The notes under the pieces are model-generated. The model did not search any database. It saw nothing but the letters and a program-made list of their open reading frames with translations, and was not told the DNA's origin. Below, one piece after another: positions 1 through 13,700 of a stretch of 64,000 bases of DNA. This DNA comes from Laetmonice hystrix. Taxonomy: Eukaryota. Location: contig OZ249448.1 of the NCBI GenBank assembly GCA_965235115.1, forward strand, positions 14,880,001 to 14,944,000. Reading direction: 5' to 3'. Both the position numbers and the translations under genes were made by a program. How positions within the stretch are numbered: position 1 is the stretch's first letter; every line of letters starts with the position of its first letter.

Positions 1-134
1 GTCATGATTGAGGTTGAAAATTTGTACACTGAAGATTGATATCGCTTAAAATTTCTTCTATCACTACAGGATCTGTGGATATATTGGTGCTCTGTGACAC
101 CTATGGTGACGGTACTTATTGTGTCTCTTTACAG

Positions 135-1124
135 GTGCACCGGAGAGTGCAGCAGAAAGTATACAACGGGTGAAAGCCAAACCTCGAGAAATTTTGCACA
201 AAAACACAAGATTTTCCACAAGTCCATTTGACAGCTACAAGAGTCAGCAAACAATTCATCAAGTTGCAGCGGTTCAAGCCCAGAACCGCCAGGGTAAGAT
301 TGGGCCTGACGGAAAAGAAATCTTACCAGCTCAGTCACCAAAGGTGAATGGTTATGGATTCGTAGCAACCCCTTCTCCCGCACCAGGAGTAGATGAGTCA
401 CCACTGATGACCTGGGGAGAAATTGAGGGCACTCCATTCCGTCTGGATGGGTCTGATACGCCTATTCACAATTCATCTGGACCAGTCTTCAAAATGCCAA
501 ACGTTCCTAAGCGAGATCAACTTCTTCATAACCTGAATGAGGAGGTAGGCCGGGCATACCGCACCAAGAAACAAGAAGCCTTGAAGAGGGTCCGGCGCCT
601 TGCATCGTAAGAACTCGTCCCCATTTGATTGCAGTTCACTAGGAAAAAACATATTTCATGACTCAATGTATTTCAGTTAAAGTCAATCCTTTTTATTTGG
701 GAATTTGATATTTTTTTGCCAACTTTAACTCACATGTAGAAGTTTATCAAGGACTAAGGCCATCAACTTTTAATTGTAACATGTCTTTCATCGTAGGCCA
801 CTTATGAAGACCGGCTCCAAGTCGCGGACAGAGCGTTTCAGCAGCATGTCACCAGCAGCACAACGTCTGGCCAGCAGCAAATTAGGAATACGTACAAACA
901 CTGACCGGGCACTGAGGGCTAGCTACACGCCCTCGCCAGGGCGGGGAACTCCCTCAGACAAAACACCCCTCATCACCACCCCAACGCCATCACCTTCCAG
1001 GACTCCACAAGGAACAGCAACCATTCCAAAATCTGGGGCAACACCAAAACGGCCTGAAGTCTCATCTCTCACAGACAATCTGCTAAACTTACCAAAGCGG
1101 CCACAGGCAGCCGACTTCTTCTAA
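135..1124 (+). CDS. ESS2: Splicing factor ESS2/DGCR14 homolog, last two coding exons (135-606, 797-1124); the gene begins left of the window
   Basis: The translation contains SPKVNGYGFVATPSPAPGVDESPLMTWGEIEGTPFRLDGS, TDRALRASYTPSP and the C-terminal SSLTDNLLNLPKRPQAADFF*, which match the ESS2 C-terminus as I recall it. Splice sites ttacag|G (135), TC|gtaaga (606) and tcgtag|G (797) are phase-compatible. Confidence 0.93.
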
Positions 1125-4100
1125 TCTTACATTTACATGTTTGCTGGCTGTTGTATATACATGTATACTGAAACCTATTACCTCATTCACATACACTGTA
1201 TATACGGAGGAGTGGGTAAATATTTAAATGGGGTCTAAAATTGTATCGTTCAATCTGCACTGCTTTTGGATGTAGCTATATGAAAAGGGCGAGTCTAATA
1301 CAGGAATAGTTACTGCTGTATACCTTTAAAGAAAGATAACATTTTCTAAAGGTCTGATATTCACTTTAATTGGAAATGCAGTATATTGAATGTGCTACAG
1401 TCACCATCCACTGTATCCGTCTTATAAAGTACTCCCCGATAGTTTTGTTACATGTATAAGGGATGAAGCGTTCACGTAAATTTATGACTATCCTGCAAGA
1501 GAATTGAAGAGTCCATGGGTCTGATTATCAGTGTCATGGTACCTTTCTTCACTGATCTCTGCTATTCTTCAGCCTGTGATTTAAAAAAGATTCTGACTGA
1601 TCTGGAGGTGCTGGCGCTCCTATCTGAGTGTCGGGTATTGAAAAATGTAAACAAGGTATGATCGTTTGGCAGTCGGGCTCTATAAATGATAGAAATTGGC
1701 CACCAGTGAGAAAATTGATTGAATGAGAGTGTCCCAGGTTGGACCAATGTATTGTGCTACACGAGAAGGAAGCATTAGGCTATTGAATAAATTTTTTGTA
1801 ATTATAACAGACTACAGTCAGATTTTTATTTTATTTACAGACAATCAGTGTTGTAAAGAGCATCTGTCGGAGTTGAATGTCTCAAAGATTCAGTTGAATA
1901 GTTTAAGTCACTGGTCTCTTGGGGACAGCTTGAAATAGCTCGGTGCTACTTCACAATTCCGCTCATAGGGGTCTCTGCTGGTCGCTCCATGGTTCGCCAT
2001 AAGTGCTGACACCAAGTGGACTGAACGGGAACCTAGAACGTAACAGATTGAGATAACGCTAAATGTAGCAGTCTACTTCAAGGGCGGGGCGAAGGGGGGT
2101 AAACCGAGTCCTAGATCTATGTCGCCCGTTGCATGGTCAACCCCTCCCAACTGAAATTTCTGGATCTGCCCCTGGTACTCTACAGGGCCTTGAGTTAAAC
2201 TAAATATAAATGGTGTGACAAAATTCACATATGAATAAATAAATCCCGTTTTCTCTGGAACTGGACATGTTACACCAATAAACCACAACAAACGCACTAA
2301 CGTTCTATGGAGGAATTTATTTGAAGGAAAAAGGGAACTGCCTGTCTCGATGCCAGACATGCCCCTTTTTCTGACATGCGCACAGTTTCAGGCATACAAA
2401 ACACTTCTTTTGTAAATGTCTTCTGCATTCTTCGGACTGCTCGTGAAACACACATAAGTCTTACGTATGTCATGGGTCCTGTTGATCAGGCCATGACCTG
2501 AATACTGAAATACATCGTGTATATTACTGGGCACATAAGATTAATTGTGATTTATGAAATAGCACGATCACACAAACACGTTACAACTTACAGTTTCCCC
2601 ACCCAATTCCATACAAAACACACACTTGAATCGTAATCGTAATCCAACACTAGTTTGTTTACAGTTACTTGAGTAGGGAGACTTATCTGATGCCCCTTAG
2701 CGAACCTCCTTAGTTTATTGAAGCAAGAATCAATTATACGTGATGAATGTCTACGTCGTAAAGTGACAATGGTGATACTTTCCATCGGTACTCGAATATC
2801 ATGGTTGAATTCATGTTCAACAAATGCCATATACATAAGTATACAATCAAAAGTTTGATATATATTTATATATATAGTAAATTACTGTAATACTTGAAAA
2901 AAAATTAGAAAAATAATATTCTCAGGATACAGATATCTATCATTCTATTTGTTTTGAAAGAATTTTCAGCCAACATTTCCAAATATCTCTGGAAACCCCA
3001 CAAAACAGCAATCACTCTAACGATCTTCATTCATCCCCAGTGGTACCAAACATTTTTACACACTGACAATCTTTACACAGTCTAAGTTAATTTGCCATGC
3101 ATTTACAAGCTCTATGAATAGGCATTCTATAAAAGGAAGTCACTTTCTGAGGAAATTTTTCATGACTTCTCTACAACATTGATCAGGTTTCTACATTCAC
3201 TCTTGGCAGTGATTGTCTCTCCGAGACGCTGGTTTATCTACGGTCACGTCAGCAGGCACTGGGCGTCACCAACAGAAACATTACTATCTCCATCACATGA
3301 TGACATCACGATGTGTGATTACTGATAGTCACCGATCTACATCACGACAGATCAACACCAGTATAAGGTATCATGTCTTGATTCAAATACGCCTTGCTAT
3401 GAAGCAACATAACTACTTAAGTTATTTATCCTCTAAATTATCGTCTAATCTCTTCTGTTGCAAATTAAGACTTAAAGGTGCTATTCGTGAACAAAAATTC
3501 AATTTTTTTATTTTTAATTTTGTTGACGTTTATGTGATCCCACCTATCATGCAAATAGATTCACAACAAAGGAAATCAAAATTTTTCATGGATAACGGCA
3601 CAAATGGGGCTCTCTCAGAAGGCCTGTGGAGACCCTGACACGCCCCACCATAGGAAATGGCTCTATCTCGGTGCGCACCGAGATAGGTTTCAAATGCTGC
3701 ACACAAACTAATAGAAGGTTTATCAGGCCAATGGTATCGGTAGGAATTGTTTCTAGTACTATGTGCACAATGTATGATAGGAGAAATGCCATTCTGTGCG
3801 AGACGAATAGCACCTTTAAGATAATGTTACTGAAGATGTATAAACGGAAGGTAAACCTTCTAAGCACCAACACTACAGCCGAATACAAGCAGTGAATGAG
3901 TGAAGATCTCTACAGTACAATGTCCAGTTATGTAAATCAAGGAAAATAACACTTGTACCAGAACGTTGGTCACAAACACTCTATCAATTCAGTAGAGCAA
4001 CAATCATAGATGCTGTTCCGTATTATCTAAACTATAAAAAAACAAATAGGTCTTTTCGCACAAATAACCAAAAATAAACCCCAATTACTATTTGAGATTC

Positions 4101-5001
4101 AAAGTCGCCTTCATTTAAGGAAACTACACATATACATTATGATGTTATATATGTTCTAAAACAACATTTTTACAATTTATGATTATAAAAAATTAAGTCG
4201 TACCACTAGATACGAGCTTAGCCCATTGTGATATGGGACTGTGATAAAACATGGAGAAAAAAAGACAAATCTGAGCTGCCACCAACTTCCTTTTTTTTTG
4301 ACAAATTAAAATCTAGTAACCTTTTGAGGTGGTCTCTTCCGGAATTATCTATAGAAAAACATTCCCTTATAGCAACCCTTATAAAAAACCGACGCTACAT
4401 TCTTGATTGATCGATTTGATTAGAAAATGAATAAATTGGTAACATGTCATCATGCTGACCCTTTAATAAAAACTTGTTAAGACTGCAGCATTGCTGCATA
4501 TTACAATGGGTAGTCTTAACATACGTTTTTTGGACCAGACCGATTATGTGAACTGCTTCGTACCAAAGCAGGTATGTGATGCTGCCTTGAATGGAAAAAA
4601 ATCAAGTTGTCTGAAACACGAGAACCCTAAGACTAGCCTAGGCTCTATGACTCGTGTACCCCAACTTTACGAGGTTACTTTCAGACAACCCCTTTTGGAA
4701 GCCCCTGAGGTTAAAGGGATCTCGTATTGTGTCATAATCCCAAAAAGTGTAGCCAACACAATTTTGATTCCATTGGTGGCCAAACGCTTTTCTGATAATT
4801 ATTAAGTAATTTTACTTCCAGCAAATTTAAAATTGATTGTTCCATAAAATGTGGTCACAATAAATCAGAAATTCTCTGATATCCATTGCCAGTGTCCATA
4901 TACATTCCTCAGTTTCCATTTATACAGGTCTTTCTTTAACACTTTTTTTTGTAAATGAATACAACCAAGACAATAATATGCACTGAATACTGATTTTAGA
5001 T

Positions 5002-7612
5002 TTAGTTGCGTTTCACCTTTCCCTTGATGAAGTAGGCACAGAAGGCGTTGAACAGGGGTATGGCAGTGAAAGCCAAGCCAAAGTACAACACATTAGTCGA
5101 CACGATCTGGTACTTGTAATGGTACAACATAGCCATCGGCAAAACAAGGGCATACCCCTGCAACAAAACATCAACAATATTTACAGGATAGTTAAATTAT
5201 AACAAATTATGTTGTGAACAATACATCTACGTACAAAATATATGACTAAGGACGAAATGGTATTTTTTCGCCTGAACACTTTAAAATTATAACTCTGGCC
5301 AAACGAACATGATATATTCTGGCCACTCAGTAAAAACACTGATATGACATGTACATACATGTAGGCCTACTTACAATGAATCTCCCAAGAAAGATGGCCC
5401 TCTTGTCAATGTCATCAGTAAAACCCATGGCAGAGAAGGTGTGAAGACTGGACATGAAGTTGATAGCTCCAATTGATCTCACTACATGTGCGTGAATGCC
5501 ATCAGGCGTAAAACCCTTCAATGACTGAAAATAACAGGATGCAATTGTTGGTGAAGAAAACTGGGTTCTTAAGTTTGTGGACCTCGACTGTGTTACAATA
5601 AATCTATTGTTCAAATCATAAAACAATAACATTATCATTGGCTCAAACTATAACAAGAAAAAGATAGCTCAACTTACATAGAGCGAGAGGACACAATCTG
5701 GGAAAGCAAACATTCCAAGACTGGTTGGCAGCAAAACGAGTAGGTCAATCAGTAGGTGCTTGGTCAGACGCTTCTTTAGATCGATACCACCGCTGCCATA
5801 TGATGGTCCCCGTAGGTACTGCCACAGGTTACCCAACATCCACAGACCACCTCCGAGCATGCTAAATGTCACATGCTAAAAACAAAGAAAGAAAACAAAT
5901 ACAACTTAGAAAGACTTACAACATTGTTACAAAGCTACGTTTATCCAAGAACCAGTATCAAGCACTGAAACCTGCACTGATGGCATGAAAATAACATCAG
6001 ATATTTGATATCCAAATAAACATAACTTGTGACCCAGCCACCATGCAAAAAGGGTGATTGGGGGTTAGACAATTTTACAAGTAGGCTCTATAAAAACTTT
6101 GAAACTGGAAGGCAAACTGTTAACCAGTTGCAAAACTGGCCCCTCTGGTGTATTAATACGGATATTTCAAGGTAAGCAAGAGAAAGCAGTCCCTGTGATA
6201 TCTTACCTGTTGGTTGAAGCGTTGCTTATCCCCCTTAGCCTTGATGTGGTCAAGGGCCATGGCTTGGAGAAGAATAGCACATCCCTGTTGGATACAGCAT
6301 TAAAGAATCAAACAAACATGGAACACTTGATCAGATCAGACTGCTGAGATTCTACAGTGGCTTACAAGGTGCATTCATTCATAATGTAGATGACTAGGCT
6401 ACCTGAAGGAAATTTGAATGGCAGACCTCATCTCCTGACTATGTCCCCATTTAGAACTACCCATAGCTTCCGTCGTGACTATTATTAATATTATATCAAA
6501 GACACCCACCAAAACTCTTGCCAGGAGCCATGATCCCATGACACTTCGATCTCGAGACTCCCGGCTAGCATACAGTGCGACTGCAGAGGCCAACAATCCA
6601 GCCCCAAAAACCTGACACAAATACAGGTGGATTACGTCTGCTTTGCCATCAACCTGTAAAAAAACAAAAACATATTTTCAATGTATATTTTCTGAATGAG
6701 ATACAAAGTTCCTAAATTTCTTCATGTCTACATGGTTCCCACACTTTCAACTTTCCTAAATTCCCTGATCTTTAGACTTTACAACTTTTTCCATGACCAT
6801 GTTCAGGTCTCCTTCCATTTTTTCTTACTCTTAAAAAAACAAAATCAGTCTGGGCAACCGAAATGAACAGATAAAACAATGCCTTTAGCTTTACTAGTAG
6901 GGGGGGGGGGCGGCTGTCCTCGACCTTGGACTTGGTGAGGGCACTCCCCCCCCCCCCCCCCGGCCCCTCCGGAAAAGATCGGCGCTGGCACGCTGCCCCT
7001 TGTCTTTGACCCGCCCCTCGGAGGCTTGATTGTTGATTCGGTCCAGGCCCAGCATGGTCCGATAGGGGCGGGGACGCGTCAGGCAGAGACGCGGGGGACC
7101 CCCCCCCCCCCCCCCCTCCCCGCTCCGGTGCGTACCCACGCTTTACCTTTGCTTTAGGTTTAGCGGGTCAGTAGGGAAGCCGGCGTTATCCCGCTTTAAT
7201 ATGACGTCAGCCAAATCTATGTCAAACCGTTCCGACATTATAAAACTTAGAATAATAAACTAAAATTAAACAGCATTAAAACGAGCACTTTTTCTCACGT
7301 TACCTGATAGTTGAAGAGCGCATCGGGGAAGAAATACCACGCCACTCCAAACGAGAAGGTTACAATCAGATCAGTGAGGATCCACGTATCGCGACCGGCA
7401 AAGTTAGTGGCGAGGAACGCCACAACTATCGCCCCTGATCTGATGTAGTCGATTGTGTCCATGGCTACTGACACAGGTTCAGGAACGGGAGGAGTTGAAG
7501 ACTTGGATGAGGATGCTGACGACTTCCCTGGATCGACTCCGGCTGCTAACACAGCGTAAACAACAAAGACAACGAGAACCCCCAAACCGACGCTCCAACG
7601 GACGCGACCCAT
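5002..7612 (-). CDS. Uncharacterised multi-pass membrane protein, 344 aa, with a signal-like N-terminus and two internally duplicated TM modules (tentatively TP53I11-like units). Exons: 7612-7304, 6653-6510, 6284-6207, 5875-5678, 5524-5375, 5157-5002
   Basis: Six exons with canonical GT/AG ends, all phase 0, total 1035 nt. They form one ORF from MGRVRWSVGLGVLVVFVVYAVLAAG to AYFIKGKVKRN*. It has many hydrophobic segments and a repeated D..FPD / D.IH / GA / R..G.A pattern. The family name is inference only. Confidence 0.8.
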
Positions 7613-10600
7613 TTTCGCAGCGCCACCTCGTGTTAGTGACGTCATTAAACACGGGTCCGCGGGCAGGTGCCCGGTGCTGTCTCCTAACATCACCTCAAGC
7701 TGGGGAGCCCAGGCTCTGTATAGCTTACATTCTGCTTTGTATACACGCAGCCGTATACAGTGTGTACCGATACTATAAACTAGAGTACGCGTAACCCTAG
7801 CTTTACCCTGGAGTCCCTCTTCCAGATTTATCATAGAAGATTTTATGCTCTTTTTATTTTTTTACAGAAGTACGGTAGCCAGATATCTCATAGTTATCCA
7901 TGGGCCTATGCTACAGTGGTATAGATATATATTCCAGACGCCCTGAAGTGATGTTTTAGAGCCTTAAAAATATGTACTAGTATTGTTGAAAACGTAATAG
8001 CTCATGCGAATTTAACTCGGTCACTGGTACAGTAGGCCTACTGTGCAACAATTCAAAACTCAAATTCTCTTGCCATCCTTTATTAAGTTTGAAACAAGTA
8101 CTGGACAAGCAACGATAAGCCTAATCGTTTGAACACTAAGTACAAGTATATACACACTGGTTGTGATTACATGGAGGTGTCATATGACCATAAAATACAA
8201 AGCCGGGAGAGTGTCCTGGAGACTTGTCTGAATGTCCTGTATCAAACGTGATCTGATTGACCCTTCTAATTTACATTCTCTTCTCCCATCCTATAAAATA
8301 CGGACACACTCTGATAAGGCATGAGGTTTTAATTTACATTACAGTTAAGTCTTCCCACTGAGATAACCTGCCATGACATTCAAAAACACACTTCATTTCT
8401 TCATTGAACAGATCTCTTCTATAAATACCCACGGGCTTGTTTAGAAAAACTATAATCTTTATTTCAAAACACGAATGTGTGAAGATGGTTGCCTCTTTTT
8501 TTTATCACAAACATTACAAGAGTAGATTAAAGCCACTACAACCTTGAAGTGAAACCATTTTTATGACATTTACGTATGTATAAATTCAGGCAACAATATT
8601 TCTTATATCATTCATTTCTAATTCTATACAACATGTACACGTATCCACCATGTATGTAAAAAGCTTCGACTAGGCACAGGAAATTATTAACCTCAAACGT
8701 ATACTTCGAGCCGAGGGTCCTGAGTCGGGTTAGGGGAAGGGCTGCTGGCGAGCCCCATGCATAAATCGGACACCTTGTAATGTGGGCCCCTATTACCCTA
8801 TATACAACCGACGCTGAACAACAGCAGTTTAAAGTTCTTACCAGCATGTGCTCATGGTTCACTATGTCTGGTGTACTCGATTACAAGTCAATACCTGAAC
8901 ACGGCCAAACAACTCCTGACATAGAAACAAAGTAACATATACTAATACTAGTATTGGCTTCTAATGACAGTGGACGCTGATGGTTTTGAACTATCTGAAA
9001 CAATTCTGTCGATTCCGGCCTCCCATGTCATGTAAAGATTGTATTTTCATCTCTGAACAACAAAGTCCACGTCAGGAAAAGGGAATAATAATGTAATTTC
9101 AGGAAATACTCCACAACAAACAGTTCACTGTGCAAACTCAATACCTGAAATACGCGATGTTGACGGATCTGGTGCTGGATTTTAGTTTCACTTACGGTAC
9201 TTGACTTACCAGTAGGTTCTTTCCTTAATAGTAATCTTTGACCAGTGTTAGTTTAATATCCGAATGGTAGAGGCTTGAACTAATAAAATATTAAAATAAA
9301 TTAGAAGAAAAGTACATTGCATAGATACTTTTAAGTAACTCATAACGTTTGGTAGACTGATGCATAATCAAAGCCACACTCGACTTATCAAACTCAGTTT
9401 TCAAACACCGCTCTTTCTGGTTGTCTCAGACAGCCATATGATCTAGAATATAGGAATACATGACTTACAATACCCTTTGCTTGGCAAACACATCAAGCAT
9501 GATAGGATACTCAATACTTTGCCACAGGCAAAATCTTTTGGGTAAAATAATAATAATATATTTCTATTACCCACATGTTTCCAAGTACGTTTCAGTGGAT
9601 CTCTAACATAAGACTTATAACCTGGCAAATATAAACGTCAGCCTATAAAATAAACAGCTCATCACTCCAGAATAATTTACTCCCATGAAAATATACAGAC
9701 AGCAGAAAGTCATTAATAATATACTTAGGTATTATGTAGTTAACGTTTACATATAGTAATCACTAAACATACCCAGAAGTTTTAGTAACTATAACAAGTT
9801 AGTAATAGTAGCAGTCCGTTGACTGGGCCTTATAACAGGCCTAAAACCTGAACAGAGCCGCACTTTGCTAATAGCAAATTTAATGTCTTGAATCAGACAG
9901 TTGTTAGCCACAAATACCCCCTGTACCTGACTACAGAAATCACGCTGGGGAACAATAACAGACTAACAGGCCAAAAAATGTTCTAGTGCTGATTTATGTG
10001 CCCACATGAGTGGACAAACCAGACCTAACCATGCATAAATTAATGTACCATATTTGGTCTGGTTTCAGGTTATGAAACAGCACCTTCATAAAGTTCATTC
10101 TACAGGAGAGCGCTCTCAGAAACAGCCTCGTGTCCCTCTCGAGTATGAAGTCATCACAAAAGTACAGGTAACAATCTCTTGAGGACACAATATCAGTTCT
10201 AATTTGGCTACTGAAAAGAAGCCAGAAACCTTTGCATACACCAATAGCTCTTCCCTGATCAGCGCTAGGAACCATTCCTATTTCAAAATGTAGCCGAAGC
10301 ACAATCTTCTTGACTGATAAATAAATTAAGAAAAAAAAAGGAAAGAAAAAATCACAATAAAGAAGCACGTAAATGAGAGTACATTTGTTTTCAGCATCCC
10401 GTATGAAGTAGTTCTGTAGTGCACACGATGATAAGGACAACCTTTGGAAAGAAAGCATGCTGTGTCAGTTTGGGTTTGTCTGGGTGTCATAACTCGTCTT
10501 GCTCCTCCATTTCACACATCATGGTACTCCTCTGTCATTCGAGTCCGCCCAGAGAGCCTGTCTGGTTCGGCCACAGCGCAGTGTAAACTCCCCGCCTCGA

Positions 10601-10748
10601 GTCACTGGTCCTGCAGGCCTCACAGGCGCCACATTGTGGGAGCAGCGTTAACTGTACGCTCAGTACTACGTCAACTTGCCGCTAGGGGGAGGGAACCGTC
10701 AAGCAGTGGTTTAGGTCGTTGGGCGCAGGTTCCTGTCGAAGGGAGCCT

Positions 10749-13700
10749 TCAGCTCACCTTGGCCCACTTGAGGAAGGCGGGGATGTCTTTGACAGGTACG
10801 TTACGAGTGTAAGCCTTCAGACGTAGATTTCTGTCGTCAGTTAGCAGCACAACCTCCCGCTGTAGCTTGATAGGTGTGTCTGGTGCAGAAATTCATGATT
10901 TAAAATGTTTTGAGGGCTCATATTTTGCAAAACATTTACTTGAGGAAAAACAAATGAGATCTGACTTTTGAACATTGGTTAATCATCTGATTGCTACCGA
11001 CATTTGGTGGAAAGTTCTAAACTCATTGGTGGTTGCGTAAGAAAGATACCTTTGTCCTTTGGCATAAAATCCCTGGCCTTGTCCTGACAGTAGTGGAGGC
11101 AGCAGGACAAGATAAGGTCATCATTGTTGCCCTAAAACACAACATTCCAAGTATAACATCAAACTAAGCTGGTCTAGATGCATGAAACAATAATATTATA
11201 TTTTGTACTACAAATATTCCTATTTACTTTAATCAGTAATAGCCAGGGAAGAGGACAACATAAGGGAAGTCATCCTGTGTATATGAAAACTAACCCCATC
11301 AGTGGTTTCTTCGCTACGAAAGGAAATGGTATCTAGCACCGATCCTTTGGACGTTAACGCCCTCATGTGAGAGTTGCGAGCCTCAAACTGTTCCTCAAGG
11401 TAAGAAACTGCTGCACTGGCTTGTGTCTGAACCATCTGTAAGTGAGCCTCAACGTTCTGCTGGCCATCGGCACTCCGACTCCCACGAGCTAAACCGTCCA
11501 GCTCATTGATAACTGCAACAGACAAAAACGGCATTGCCGAGTCTCCATCTTAAATTGAAATAAAGAAAAAATAATTTATTATAAAAAGAAGCTATTTCAG
11601 GTAATTCTGATTGGGACTGGGTTAACATTTCTGTCATAAATTTCCATTTCATGTTTATTGTATTTTGGAAATATATTTGGGAAAAAGTCACTTACCAACT
11701 AGTGGAATTACCATGGTGAATTTCTTCTTTTCCATGAGTTTCTTAAGGCCTTCGATGTGATCAATGAAACAGTTGGTGTCAGGAACGACAAAAATTGGAC
11801 GAATTTCAAGTTGTATGAGTCGACTATTCTGGTCACTAAAAAAGAATAAGAAAGACTTTCATGTTATGCCATAGAGGGCCCTTATTCTTCATTTGTTCTA
11901 TTATTTCTAATTCTGGTCATAGCCTGGCTCCCTCCAAGAAAACCCCCAAAGGAGAAGACGATAAAGTGCCTCTGTTTACCTGAGTAGTTTATGTCTTGTC
12001 AATTGGTGACGTTCACGCTCAGTGACACGTCGCTGGAGTTGATCCCGTTGCGCCCTCAAGTGTCCAATCTGTGCATCCTGCTCTGTCCACTCCTCCTCCA
12101 TCTCTTCACTCTCTATGATCACATCGTCATCCTGGAATGTAAACTAGAGCATCTAAGCGATCGGGCGGGGGAGGGGAACCCAATATTTCCTTCTTACTGA
12201 CAGGTGGATGTTTCGACAGGAGAACAGAAACACGTACCATGGAAGCGTTCAGACTGACTTGCGGACTGAACTTTGTGGGATCAGTGCCTTGCTGGTAGAT
12301 GGAAACATAACGGTGGGTCTCGACATTGTAGGACAGCAGCGGTGGTTCAATGCCACACAAGTAGTCCCCAAAGGTGCGAAGTTTGTCAACGCGCAGACAG
12401 TCTCTTGCCACCTCCTGTATCCAAACATCAACAACACAGGCGATAATTAACAGTAAATGGCTTTCTTAAGAATCACTAGGATCAGATAATTATGCATGCA
12501 AGTAGGTTCTTCCACCACCAGTTAGAGCTTGTGCTAAATACATGTGCAGAATTAACAGTATATTACTGAAATTATAATTTCACTTATTCATACAATATCA
12601 GTGGTTTTACTTATTTAAGCATAATTCATCAGACAGAGTACCTTATCTACAGTACTGTGAACATAGACAGGTATTTGTGGTAGACTGAGTAGTGGCACAA
12701 ATCCTGCCAGCATGGTATCCTCGGATAGGATAACTGGGTCACAGCCCTCCTTCCTCTGGGTGTACAGTTTGACGTGAGTGATGTCAACATCCTTTAGTAC
12801 GTTACACAGTTCAGCTAGCAGAGACCACACGTCCACCACCAGCCTGTAGCAAGTCAAGAATGCTTTAAACTCAATGACATCTACTATGATCTAGCCAGGT
12901 TTTTTTTCTTTTATTTTCAAATATTCATAAAGAAATTTATTACATACTGGTACTTATTTTTTAGGTTAAACATGAGTTACTGATATAAGGTAGACTTGGA
13001 TACTTCACTAATTCTTCTTAAGTAGACATCAACATCAACCATCTCTGTTCTCCCTGTTGACAATACCTTGCACATTTTACATAAACTCTTCTCTGAAGGA
13101 ATGTATACCAGTGACCACAGATAAGGATTAAAGTAAGATTACTAGTAGATAAAACATGTAATGGTCTCACCCCAGAGCAGGGTCCCGTGTATGTGGGGGA
13201 GGGTTCCACAGTTGAGCATGACATGTCATCCAGTCAGCCCACACCTTGACACTTGGGATCAGCTGACGTAGGTCTTCGTTCAATACCTGGCAGTCCGAAG
13301 ATGCCAGGTGGTGTCGTAGCAACATGATGCTACGCCGTACCAACAAACCAAACATTTCTAGGCCGAGCTGCACGGCTTCTTCCTGGATAAGGGAGCGGCA
13401 GTTATCATCCATTGTTCCTTCTGAAACACAAATAATGTTGACCTGCAATTGGATGTGCTTTTTAGACCTCTTCAGCAGTCAGTTCTTCAGCAGTCTGGGT
13501 CATATTGAAGTAGGAAACTGGACTAAGTACAACGAAGCTCACCTTGTGGCGTGGTATTTTCCACTGCGAACATGTTGATGGTAACAAGCTGCAGTAATCG
13601 CACATTGCCTATCGGGGGTGGCGAGTGCTGGAGAAGTGTGTCAAATTCATACAACATCTCAGATGAAGCCTCAGCAAACGTTTCCCGCCTGAAATATGGT

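Noticed and set aside
3474-4466. Possible TTAA-flanked Kolobok element
   Set aside because: The two ends share only ttaaagg and do not form convincing TIRs.
6894-7139. G/P-rich ORFs and G-quadruplex-like poly-G/poly-C runs here and elsewhere
   Set aside because: Most homopolymer runs lie inside small repeat elements, their lengths are assembly-sensitive, and there is no coding evidence.
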